Source of the DNA: a bacterium
GTDB lineage: Bacteria; Patescibacteriota; Minisyncoccia; Phycocordibacterales; UBA1006
Reading direction: 5' to 3'
Assembly: GCA_037144045.1 (NCBI GenBank)
Contig: JBAWXN010000002.1
Coordinates: 54,734-118,733 of the forward strand
Length of the DNA: 64,000 nt
The position numbers and the translations under genes are program-made. The stretch's first letter is position 1, and every line of letters begins with the position of its first letter. Shown here piece by piece: positions 20,273 to 29,385 of this stretch. Below the pieces are notes generated by a model. That model ran no database searches. It saw only the letters and a program-made list of their open reading frames with translations, and was not told where the DNA came from.

Positions 20273-20293
20273 TAAGTGTAATTTGTACACTAA
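20273..20293. promoter_or_regulatory. putative NrtR operator 3
   Basis: taAGTGT-aatttgt-ACACTaa upstream of the 397-aa gene. Confidence 0.65.
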
Positions 20294-20342
20294 AAAACAG
20301 ATTCTTGCGAATCTGTTGATACTATCTCCTAGTATTATGTTG

Positions 20343-21737
20343 TTATAAGAGCATTTTATCATCCTCCGTAGGGCCAAATGATACCATTCTAACCGGAACC
20401 TTGAGCTGCTCCATCAACTGCTGTGCGCAGAGCTCGGCAATTGCACCATCATCAGCGTAATCTAAAAGATTATGACTAACAATGTTTGGCGTGCACTGCT
20501 GTAGCAGTTCCCCGAGCTTTTGTTGACGGCTGAAGCAGTCCTCAGGTTTTCCAGTAAACAATTTCATGTCACCGTGTTCGGTAAAAAACGAAGGATCTGT
20601 AGCATTGGTATAGCTCGTGCATAGTTTCCAATCACCCATTACTTTTACTTGATCAAACCAAGTAATTGCAAGTGCATCGAAAAATTGAGGACCACCGCAG
20701 GCAGCAATCGCATAACGAAGCGCTACAGCATCAAGCGGACCGATACGAATCTTCCCCTGCCAACGATTATCGTCCTTACTACTATCAGGTAGCATATGCG
20801 GAAGCATTTCTGGAGATTCGGTAACGAGAGGGCCTGCACCGTGGCGGACTTGGTATGCACGACTAATGCCAAGCTTTACCATACGTCCATCATACCCACA
20901 TTCATTAATCATCTGGAGTGTATTACTCGGCAAGGTTTTAAGATAGCTGGTATGCGGATGAAAGCCAACATAACGATCAGTAAGAACCCCATGAGAACTT
21001 TCCACAATAACCTTACCTTCCTGTCCTAAAATATCGCGCTTCAGATATTCCAAATCAACTATTTTTACCAGACTTGCGAACTTGTTAAATTCTAGAACAA
21101 TGCGATTTACAAAATCATCGTCATTTAATAGTTCTAATTGCTGACTCGCAATCATCCGGTCAGTATCTGGAAATTTCTGAACTAATTCAACAATAGGTCG
21201 GAGTTCTACACGTTTCATAGTGCGTACTGCCTCCAATCGTGCGCGTAATGTAGATGCATTACAATCTTTCGCATAAATCGCGAGCTCAGGATATTGCTCT
21301 GCATCTTTCAGCGCTTCTCCACCTCCTATTCCTACCGTACCTTTTGGTTTATCGCCTCGCGCTAATTCTTTGAGCTTTGAGGAAATACTATGGAACGGAG
21401 TAATGCAGAGCGCATCCTCATCAACAGTGACAAGGTCATACACATTACTCACTCCTGATTCATATTTCAGAATATTAGCTTCGTGGATAAAGCGATAAGG
21501 TTCAATTACAAACAATTTACTGATGTGGGTTCTGAGTCCTTCAAAGGTCCCACAGCCCATCTGACTAAATACTCCTGATTGACCACGACTTGTTTTAACT
21601 CCGTGACCACCCTGAGCACCTCCAACTTTGATGACGGTATGTGCACCTGGGAAGGTACACAACTTATGTACCACACCTCCCTTGCCTCCATCACCAGGAC
21701 CTAGATCGGTTACTGTATAGAGTGTTTTGTCTTCCAT
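20343..21737 (-). CDS. adenylosuccinate synthetase-like (divergent PurA-fold) ligase
   Basis: DLGPGDGGKG, GGAQGGH, GTVGIG, ESSHGVLTD, HPHTS, RAYQVRHGAGP and SFGPT motifs; the aspartate-binding loop is altered. Confidence 0.85.
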   Translation of the reverse strand: MEDKTLYTVTDLGPGDGGKGGVVHKLCTFPGAHTVIKVGGAQGGHGVKTSRGQSGVFSQMGCGTFEGLRTHISKLFVIEPYRFIHEANILKYESGVSNVYDLVTVDEDALCITPFHSISSKLKELARGDKPKGTVGIGGGEALKDAEQYPELAIYAKDCNASTLRARLEAVRTMKRVELRPIVELVQKFPDTDRMIASQQLELLNDDDFVNRIVLEFNKFASLVKIVDLEYLKRDILGQEGKVIVESSHGVLTDRYVGFHPHTSYLKTLPSNTLQMINECGYDGRMVKLGISRAYQVRHGAGPLVTESPEMLPHMLPDSSKDDNRWQGKIRIGPLDAVALRYAIAACGGPQFFDALAITWFDQVKVMGDWKLCTSYTNATDPSFFTEHGDMKLFTGKPEDCFSRQQKLGELLQQCTPNIVSHNLLDYADDGAIAELCAQQLMEQLKVPVRMVSFGPTEDDKMLL

Positions 21738-21843
21738 ATCTCAATAATTTACTGTTGAAAATGTTTTTGAAAAATGTGTGTAAAAAAGGGCGGCATGATC
21801 GCCGCCCCTATTGAATTGTGGAACTAATAACTAAAAGCTGCGT

Positions 21844-22995
21844 TTAGAGCCAAATGTTTGATTCGTTCTTTTTGGCTTTTCGGGTATCTGTGGCGCCCTT
21901 ATCAATTTCTTCCGAAGCATCTGCTACGTCAGAACCAATAGGCCACAAATCGTTTTTATCAGCGAACATATCACCTGCTACGGGCAATTTTGAAAAATTC
22001 TCAAGTGCAGCCTGAGCCCCAATCGGAATTTTAGAAACTGCGCGAACAATGGTTGATGCCACACTACTGGAAAGCTTGGCTTCGTTTACTAAAAACGCTT
22101 CAAGGTTTTGTAAATCAAGCGTACCTTCTGTTAAGCCAATAATTGCTGCCTGCACCTCTGGTAGGTATTTGGTATCCTCCAAAATAATTACTCTATCATT
22201 ACCATAAATCTCTTTCCAGAAATTGGTAACGCTCGAATTAGTACCTATTTGCAACATAAATGCATGGGCTCGGGTTAGTAAATCATTCACCACCTGCTTG
22301 AGCTCTGGTAATTGTTTTTCATTGATGTCGTGTCCGTTTTCACGAACCTTATCGAGCACCTCTTCACCAAAGACTCTTTTAAGGTTGCTTACACTGAATT
22401 TTTTTCTGCTATCCGCATCGGTAGCCATAAAATGATAATGTTTCAATTCATAGCGCTGTAGCTGGGTATGCGTCAGATAAGCCGCACCAAACAATCCATA
22501 GTGTGGATCCTCTGTTCCATCACCGCCCTGCTTTTCAGGAACCATCAGGCGCATTTGCTCTGCAATTTGCTCATCCATTTCAGCCTGAGAACGGCACAGA
22601 ATGTAATTATCTGTCACGTCTCCGAAAATTGCTGTAATCATTTGCACATCATAGCGCGAAAGTGGTGCCAGAGGACCCCTTGCTAACAGGTTATACGTTT
22701 TTGGAAGTGAATGAAACGCAAGGTCCACATTACCTCCCATTGATCCTGTTGTGTCGAGCTCCATTTCAATAAGCATCGCAACACCCCGAACCAAGGTAAA
22801 GCGTTTTCCTTTTGCTTCAAACGGTCCATAAGATCGTCTGATAACACCGTAGCCTTTTGGGTCTACTAATTCATGAAGGCCTTTACCTTCTTTATGGCGT
22901 TGCTCACCTTTACTGGTTGCTGATCCGCCATCTTCTTTTACTTCAGTAGCTACACGTTTGTAAGCTGTTTCTGAAAATGTACTTCTTCCTGACAT
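21844..22995 (-). CDS. vWA (MIDAS) domain protein
   Basis: DTTGSMG (DxSxS-like), FGD, GGDGTE and TDA motifs; start MSGRS at 22995. Confidence 0.75.
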   Translation of the reverse strand: MSGRSTFSETAYKRVATEVKEDGGSATSKGEQRHKEGKGLHELVDPKGYGVIRRSYGPFEAKGKRFTLVRGVAMLIEMELDTTGSMGGNVDLAFHSLPKTYNLLARGPLAPLSRYDVQMITAIFGDVTDNYILCRSQAEMDEQIAEQMRLMVPEKQGGDGTEDPHYGLFGAAYLTHTQLQRYELKHYHFMATDADSRKKFSVSNLKRVFGEEVLDKVRENGHDINEKQLPELKQVVNDLLTRAHAFMLQIGTNSSVTNFWKEIYGNDRVIILEDTKYLPEVQAAIIGLTEGTLDLQNLEAFLVNEAKLSSSVASTIVRAVSKIPIGAQAALENFSKLPVAGDMFADKNDLWPIGSDVADASEEIDKGATDTRKAKKNESNIWL

Positions 22996-23065
22996 TGGTA
23001 CTCTTTTTTTGTTTTGGTTAAAAAATAAATAGTTAAATACAATTAGTGATTCTTGCGATACCTTA

Positions 23066-23896
23066 CTATACAGGATAGGCTGCGAACTTGTGAAACCCAA
23101 GAGGCCAGAGTGACTTGATGAGCTTGTAAAATCGAGTATGTGCTTGTTGTGCATCTGATTCTGCTCCCGCTTTGAATTCTTTCAATAGATCTTCATAGCT
23201 AGAATTAATCATTTGCTCATCCGGCACAAGAGTCCCTGTTTCTAAATCTGCACCTAATACCTCAAGAACCGCATCGGTAACCGCTGCGATTTCCTCGGTA
23301 GTTTCCTGTGGAGAAAGCTTAGTTTCAATAACCGCCTTACTCCAATCGAATACTGCCACATAGTGCTGTTCACGATTGATTAGAATGTTTTCTGTGGTTA
23401 AATTATTAATAACCACATTAATACTCTGAGTGAATACCAACATTTTGAGTAGCTTACCAAGTATCCACGCGCTCGTTCTCGGATCCACACGGACCTGGTC
23501 GCGAGACGTTATGAACGACAAAGGTGCAAGCTCGTTTAATTTTCCCGAAGGGTTAATGTTTGGAAATCCAAGCACGATTACCCTGCGGTTTTCATGCTCG
23601 GTCATAACAAAGGTCTCAACGACCTCAGGAAAACAAAAGTGATAATTCAAAGGTATCTTTTCAGGATACTTTTTCGCAAATTCTGCTTCGATTACATCTG
23701 ATTCGCTACGCATCGTTTTTAAAAGGTACGCCTCACGGTCGAGCACAGGATTGTGCTCAGCCTTTTTGGCTACCTTAAAAATTGCCGTAGTTCCGTCTTC
23801 GAGTACGCATTCGCGTAATCGGTAAATGTCAGTCTCGCCAATTTCTTGCCTGACCTGGTACGTCTTGCCCGCTGGGCTTCTTATTACTATGTCCAT
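23066..23896 (-). CDS. protein kinase-fold protein (possible pseudokinase)
   Basis: AIFKVA (beta3 Lys), REAYLL (alphaC Glu), NNLTTENILI (catalytic loop, D->N), FDWS, and the RTSAWILGKLL helix. Confidence 0.65.
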   Translation of the reverse strand: MDIVIRSPAGKTYQVRQEIGETDIYRLRECVLEDGTTAIFKVAKKAEHNPVLDREAYLLKTMRSESDVIEAEFAKKYPEKIPLNYHFCFPEVVETFVMTEHENRRVIVLGFPNINPSGKLNELAPLSFITSRDQVRVDPRTSAWILGKLLKMLVFTQSINVVINNLTTENILINREQHYVAVFDWSKAVIETKLSPQETTEEIAAVTDAVLEVLGADLETGTLVPDEQMINSSYEDLLKEFKAGAESDAQQAHTRFYKLIKSLWPLGFHKFAAYPV

Positions 23897-24000
23897 TACT
23901 GTTTCTTTTTTAAATTTAGTTATCAAAAAACAAATATGCCGTATATGTTATATCAAATTATTAGGATATGTCAATACTTCTCGATGAACTGTATAATTTG

Positions 24001-24053
24001 TTGCATTATGGCTTATTTAGTGTTATTATAACACTAAGAATGATCATGTGCAA
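24001..24053. promoter_or_regulatory. symmetric bidirectional promoter with putative NrtR operator 4 (24017-24037)
   Basis: TTAGTGT-tattata-ACACTAA. Plus strand: TTGCAT(24001)-N17-TATTAT. Minus strand: TTGCAC(24053)-N17-TATAAT. Confidence 0.75.
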
Positions 24054-24100
24054 GCACCTCCTAGTCCCCCTCCCTTGTAAAAGCATGCTACTATAATTCT

Positions 24101-25048
24101 ATGCAACAATTTAGATTTTTTAAAAAAGTAGATGAATATCGTACCTATATCTACGAAGAAATATTCACCCATCACGAATTTAGAAATAACCTTTTTTATC
24201 GTGGACTTATCGAATTCATTATTGAACACCGCGCCCCTATATTCTTCTCACTAACCAAAGACGAGGAATTCTCACATTTTACCCAATACTTTAACGCAGT
24301 GCTCGATCGAGGGGACTACTACAAAAATGATTTCATAAGAAGCATGTATTTTGCGCATGATTTTGTGCATATGCTTTTTAACAATCCTTTGCGTCCTCGT
24401 GATATGACTTTTGAAAAGTATTGCGAAGTACTCAACGTAAACGAATGGATTGCGTCTAATGAAACTGAAGTTTATACCTATTTTAGAATCGATGGTGCAC
24501 GTCACCACGGATTAGATTATACGATTCTCTATGATCTCCTAAAATACGCTGGGCACTCACAACCTGAAATAAAAAAACTGCTTGAGTTTAGAAAGCACGT
24601 AATTGGTGGTGGCGGTGAAGCAGTTCTTGAACAACACCCAGAAGCCACCATGGTGTTTAATTACTTGAGAAAGTTTAAAGAAAACAACAAAGCCTGGTGT
24701 AAGCTTTGGTATGAAGGCTTCCCTGAAATACCTGCGGCTTATACTGACGAACGCATGTGCCTCCCTGTACTTGAATACGATAAAATACTACGACACTACA
24801 CTCCTGGTATCCACGTGAACAATCAACAAGAGGCCTACGAGTACAACATGTTGCTCAACATTAAAAACCTTGCACTCCTTGCAGGGTTACCAGAAGAGCA
24901 TATTCCAAAAACTTTTGACGATTGCGAAAAAACACTTGAGCAACTCGAAGGAAAAATCATTATGCCTAAAGTCGCCGAGGAATTTCATTATACTTATATC
25001 AAAAATAAGAAGGTGGGAACTCCTGAGAAAAAAGAACTGAATCCATAA
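24101..25048 (+). CDS. hypothetical protein with HDxxH...E putative metal-binding motif
   Basis: FAHDFVHMLF followed by NEWIASNETE. Confidence 0.65.
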   Translation: MQQFRFFKKVDEYRTYIYEEIFTHHEFRNNLFYRGLIEFIIEHRAPIFFSLTKDEEFSHFTQYFNAVLDRGDYYKNDFIRSMYFAHDFVHMLFNNPLRPRDMTFEKYCEVLNVNEWIASNETEVYTYFRIDGARHHGLDYTILYDLLKYAGHSQPEIKKLLEFRKHVIGGGGEAVLEQHPEATMVFNYLRKFKENNKAWCKLWYEGFPEIPAAYTDERMCLPVLEYDKILRHYTPGIHVNNQQEAYEYNMLLNIKNLALLAGLPEEHIPKTFDDCEKTLEQLEGKIIMPKVAEEFHYTYIKNKKVGTPEKKELNP

Positions 25049-25105
25049 TAAAAAATAAAAACCCGCTATCGTGAGCGGGTTGTTTTTTTTAGAGAATGTT
25101 TGTGA

Positions 25106-26461
25106 TCATCCTACTAAAGCTGATTGTTTCTCTGTGCCGTAATACTCTTCATACTTTTCAGTATTGAATGAGTAAGCACCCTGGAAAAATTCAATGACTT
25201 TTTTAGTATCACGTAGTGCATTAGCAGGAGCAATAGAAGCGCCTGGTGAAGGAGCAATATTACCTAAGAAATTTGGTCCGACTACTTGAGTATCACCTAA
25301 TTCTAATGTTCGCTTGATGGTATCTACTAATTGCGGGCGTAAGCCTCTTCCTTTGTGGAAAACTAACTGAGAAGATTGCAAACTTGGAATAATCTTGCGC
25401 GCTGATTGTGTAAATAAATCTTTGCCAATCAGTGGTAACTGAAATGACATATTCTGTGCCATGTACCCTAACATTTCAGGGTCTGCAAGTATTCCCGTGA
25501 GGGTTGCAACGCCGTCCCATGTTGGAACTGAAACACGTAAGAAGTCCATTACTGTTGACCAATCACCGTCTACCAATGTAGGCAACACAATTGCAGTAGG
25601 TCCGAAACGAGTAATGTTTGGATTATGCATTTCAGCATCACCATGCACGGCAGCAAACGGACGCTTAGGGTTTTGTACCGTGTACACCTTTCCGATAAGT
25701 AACGGTACTATCGAATCGTAAAAATTTCCTCCGATAGGTAAAATACCCAAATGTTGTCCCAAGCCTAGCGCTTTTGCAGCGATAAGACTATAGGCACCGG
25801 TTGCAAAGATAACCACATCCGCAGTGTACTGAAAACCTTTTGAATCAGTCAGTAAGTACTTATCACCAATGCGAGTTATCTGGCGTTCCATAATACGCGT
25901 ATTCATATAGCGCAACAATCGGCCAGTACTCACCGCATCATTAACATACCATTGTGCAAGTAATCCAAAATCAATCGTGTAGCCAGGATTAGAAATTGCC
26001 ACTACGTTTTCCTTCGGATTGCGCCCCTTCATTACCATTGGTTCTCTACGTGCAATTTCTGCACCATAAATGAGTTCCATTTCAGGAAAGAAGGGACTAA
26101 ATTCCTCGCTGCGAGTTGATACAATGTCACACTCTTCATCACCTACACCCAACAAAAATTTGGGTCCTTTGCGATACATGTCTGGGTTAACACCAATCAA
26201 CTTTTTAAGGTCAGTAACGGTGATATCCGTATCTGCTTTTACTTTTACCACTTTGTCACGTTTGTAGTGTTCAGTACTGCCATCGTGAATGGTTCCCGAA
26301 TTATTGGTTACTTTACTATTAAGGTTACCTATAGTATCCCCCATTTCAAAGAGTGCAATTGTAGGTATATCGGTAAAACGCACTAACTTGTTTACTAGTG
26401 AACCACCTACTACGCCACCACCTACTACTGCAACGTTTACGTGTCTTTCTATTCTGTTCAT
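25106..26461 (-). CDS. FAD-dependent oxidoreductase, malate:quinone oxidoreductase/L-2-hydroxyglutarate oxidase family
   Basis: GGGVVG, NNSGTIH, PFAAVHGD, RFGPTA, GLRPQ and APSPGAS motifs. Confidence 0.8.
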   Translation of the reverse strand: MNRIERHVNVAVVGGGVVGGSLVNKLVRFTDIPTIALFEMGDTIGNLNSKVTNNSGTIHDGSTEHYKRDKVVKVKADTDITVTDLKKLIGVNPDMYRKGPKFLLGVGDEECDIVSTRSEEFSPFFPEMELIYGAEIARREPMVMKGRNPKENVVAISNPGYTIDFGLLAQWYVNDAVSTGRLLRYMNTRIMERQITRIGDKYLLTDSKGFQYTADVVIFATGAYSLIAAKALGLGQHLGILPIGGNFYDSIVPLLIGKVYTVQNPKRPFAAVHGDAEMHNPNITRFGPTAIVLPTLVDGDWSTVMDFLRVSVPTWDGVATLTGILADPEMLGYMAQNMSFQLPLIGKDLFTQSARKIIPSLQSSQLVFHKGRGLRPQLVDTIKRTLELGDTQVVGPNFLGNIAPSPGASIAPANALRDTKKVIEFFQGAYSFNTEKYEEYYGTEKQSALVG

Positions 26462-26540
26462 TCTTTCTTTTATTTATGTTTGAGTGAGCAATATTTTTGT
26501 CTCTTATATAATAGCACATTTTCAATGAAAAGTCAACCTA

Positions 26541-27647
26541 TTACTTGGTATTTTCAAGCTTGTTTATAACGGTTTCTAAACCATTCCCCTTACAAAGGGC
26601 AGTGGTATCAGCAACGATATTGTTTGTGTACTTATCAAGATTTTCCAAAAATAATTTGAATGTCTCGGAATCTATTGCATCATGCATAACTCCAAAATTA
26701 TTTTCCTCAATAATATGCGCGTTCATTTGTTGCTCGTAAATAGGAAGCGGTATTGCGTAGACGGGTATTTCTAAATACATCGCTTCAGCAATTAATGTAT
26801 GCCCTGCAGTTGTAATAATTCCGTTTACTAACACTAATACTTTCATGAACTCCTCGTCATTATACTTATTCCAATATACGTTTACGGGCAATTGAGTCTG
26901 TGGGATACTCTGGGCAAAAACATGAAACACAACATCAGGGAATTTTTTAAAAACAGAGACGATAGATTCATGAGATTGTTTAATATCTTGATTGCTCGTT
27001 AAATACACAAGAATATTTTTCTGTTTAGAATTAGTACTTCTTTTCAAATGAACAACCGATTCTTTTATGATTGCAGGAACCACTAAAACATTCATACCCT
27101 CCTTTCCTTTTTTAGACACCTTAAAGAATGAACACGCAATACGTTCTACTGCAGTCGGGAAAAATAATTGCAACCTAGCTACCTCATCGGCATAGGTACA
27201 ATTATTAAGTGTTTCGGGAAAATCTCCGATTAAATATTTACTTTGTTGGTCAATGGTTACCAATGGTACGGCGTGTTCATAGGCGATACCTGCGCTGACC
27301 GGTTCGTAGTCACTTACTACAAGATCAGGAATTCCTAGCCAAGCTATCATTTCTATAATCGCCTTATTATTTATTGCGTCAAAATCAATATTATTTTTTT
27401 CAAGTTTTTTTGTCGCTTTAAAATCTATTCCTGTTTTATTTCCCACATAAAAAGGCACAGCAACTTCAAGTACTTTTATATTAATATCACCACCGAATAA
27501 AATATTACTGGTTTGGAAACTGGAACCGTAAGCAAAAATAGCAATTCGATTTGTTTTAGCAAGATGTTGAATAATAGGTAATTGTCGTTGCATGTGACCA
27601 TTTCCTATTCCACATATTCCATAGAGAATCTTTTTTTTGTTATTCAT
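26541..27647 (-). CDS. glycosyltransferase (GT-B, MJ1255/VC2487-like)
   Basis: ILYGICGIGNGH, VSDYEP, TAGHTLIAEA and YEQQMNA motifs. Confidence 0.8.
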   Translation of the reverse strand: MNNKKKILYGICGIGNGHMQRQLPIIQHLAKTNRIAIFAYGSSFQTSNILFGGDINIKVLEVAVPFYVGNKTGIDFKATKKLEKNNIDFDAINNKAIIEMIAWLGIPDLVVSDYEPVSAGIAYEHAVPLVTIDQQSKYLIGDFPETLNNCTYADEVARLQLFFPTAVERIACSFFKVSKKGKEGMNVLVVPAIIKESVVHLKRSTNSKQKNILVYLTSNQDIKQSHESIVSVFKKFPDVVFHVFAQSIPQTQLPVNVYWNKYNDEEFMKVLVLVNGIITTAGHTLIAEAMYLEIPVYAIPLPIYEQQMNAHIIEENNFGVMHDAIDSETFKLFLENLDKYTNNIVADTTALCKGNGLETVINKLENTK

Positions 27648-28429
27648 AGTTTTTTTATTTCATCCGTCACAAATTCAAGTGCTCCTTCGATGGTGTATAC
27701 AGGTACTGTGGTTTTTCTCAGGTGTTGCGATAAATAACGCTCCGTTCCTTCTGGCGCTCTACCCACTAGTACATCATCATTATCATCTAACACAACATCA
27801 GCGTTTACCGCATCCATGAAATAGGGATAGAGCATGTGCACTCGTGAATCACCCACTACTTGTTTTAAAATATTTTTATAACTATTCAATTTTACTACAA
27901 CAACCGCATCTATTTCCCCGTAAGCTTCTGATTGATAATCAATAATAATTCTGTCCCAAACTTCTACTCGATTATTACTCATCAAGATATCAGGGATTGA
28001 ATCAGTATTTTTTATACTTACCGCAGTGGTACCTGCATTCATAAATAACTTATCGTTAATAAACGAAACGATTGTTTTATTTCCAGAATCAATTCTTGCT
28101 CCTTGTTCTAATAAATTCAAAGCAACTGTTGTTTTCCCTGAGCCTGAATGACCAATGATAAGTACCCGTTTATGGATCGAAACACATGCACCATGCACAC
28201 AGAACTGTTTTCTTGTGAGTAACTCCCTGCGCAGCAAACCATAGAGTTTTTGTGCGAAACCAGCTACTCCATCATACGTAACTGACAGGTCTATTTTTTC
28301 CGGCACTTGAGAGCTTTTTTTAATTCCGGGAACATAAGCGCTTAACACAAGCTCTTCGTTTTGAGTAATACCCTGTTCATGGATAAGCTCTATTGTTATT
28401 TGATTTTCGACACTATAGTAAGTTTTCAT
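27644..28429 (-). CDS. HPr-kinase-related P-loop kinase
   Basis: VHGACV...IIGHSGSGKTT motif. Confidence 0.6.
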   Translation of the reverse strand: MKTYYSVENQITIELIHEQGITQNEELVLSAYVPGIKKSSQVPEKIDLSVTYDGVAGFAQKLYGLLRRELLTRKQFCVHGACVSIHKRVLIIGHSGSGKTTVALNLLEQGARIDSGNKTIVSFINDKLFMNAGTTAVSIKNTDSIPDILMSNNRVEVWDRIIIDYQSEAYGEIDAVVVVKLNSYKNILKQVVGDSRVHMLYPYFMDAVNADVVLDDNDDVLVGRAPEGTERYLSQHLRKTTVPVYTIEGALEFVTDEIKKL

Positions 28430-29385
28430 AATGATTTAATTGCTTTGTAAACAGCAACGCCTCCGTCACTTCCAAATTCATCTAATAATGTTTTTGTGCC
28501 ACATATTGTCGGCAAGTTTCCTTCTAAACTATTTTCATCGCTTATCGATGCACTTACTAATCCCTTTTGTTTCATAAGTTCTAATTGTTCTTTCTGGCTT
28601 TCATTAGCAGGAGGTAACCACACTGTAGGAATATCGTAACTTGCTGTGTCATAAATATTTCCAAGTCCTGGGGTCATGAATGCCAATTTTGTTCTCTTGA
28701 GCAGTTCCTCCATTTCATCACGCGCATAGCTTTTTACATTGAATTCTGAAAGACGTTCTGCTACCGCACTACTGGTTGCAATAACAACCTTGTCCAATGA
28801 ACCTAATAAGGCTTGGACTGTTTTAATATTCTGGCGCGCATAGTCTTCGACATCATCTAATTTCCAATGCGGATTTTGTAGACCACCCATATTCAGTAAC
28901 ACAACATCTTTATTCTTTGCAGGTTCTTGAACAGAAACGATTGGGGGTACTACTATTGTATTTTTAGAAAATTTATTACGCTCATTCTTAATGCGGTCCG
29001 TTACTCCAATAAAGTTTTGTGCGATATACATATCACATCCTGTAATTACCGGATGAATGTCTTTCCAAAACCAAGTCAGGGGGTCATAAATAATTACCTG
29101 GAGTCCTAATGATTGAGCACGAGCTGCCATTTCAAAATCAAGTGCGGTAATAAATACGTCATATTTCTTTATAATCAAATCAAGCTCAGTAGGTTCATAA
29201 TCAGCACTATCATACACCGCATCGTAAGCGAGCGATCGTTGGAGATCAAGAGTATGACGAGTACCCATATATGCCAGGGTTTCATAGTCATTCCTTAAGT
29301 AAGGAAAGAATGTAGCAATGGCTGCTGCTGGCCCAAATCCAAACGGTTCGGCATTGAGTAAAATTTTACGTGATGTTTTTTTCAT
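28426..29385 (-). CDS. putative GT-B glycosyltransferase
   Basis: NAEPFGFGP, YDPLTWFW, LNMGG, TPGLG and LPPANESQ, consistent with a two-Rossmann GT-B layout. Confidence 0.55.
   Translation of the reverse strand: MKKTSRKILLNAEPFGFGPAAAIATFFPYLRNDYETLAYMGTRHTLDLQRSLAYDAVYDSADYEPTELDLIIKKYDVFITALDFEMAARAQSLGLQVIIYDPLTWFWKDIHPVITGCDMYIAQNFIGVTDRIKNERNKFSKNTIVVPPIVSVQEPAKNKDVVLLNMGGLQNPHWKLDDVEDYARQNIKTVQALLGSLDKVVIATSSAVAERLSEFNVKSYARDEMEELLKRTKLAFMTPGLGNIYDTASYDIPTVWLPPANESQKEQLELMKQKGLVSASISDENSLEGNLPTICGTKTLLDEFGSDGGVAVYKAIKSL

Noticed and set aside
20343-21737. PurZ (2-aminoadenine DNA pathway) or housekeeping purA
   Set aside because: It retains Asp in GDxGKG (PurZ has Ser), has no datZ/mazZ/polymerase context, and lacks the PurA aspartate loop, so no gene symbol was given.
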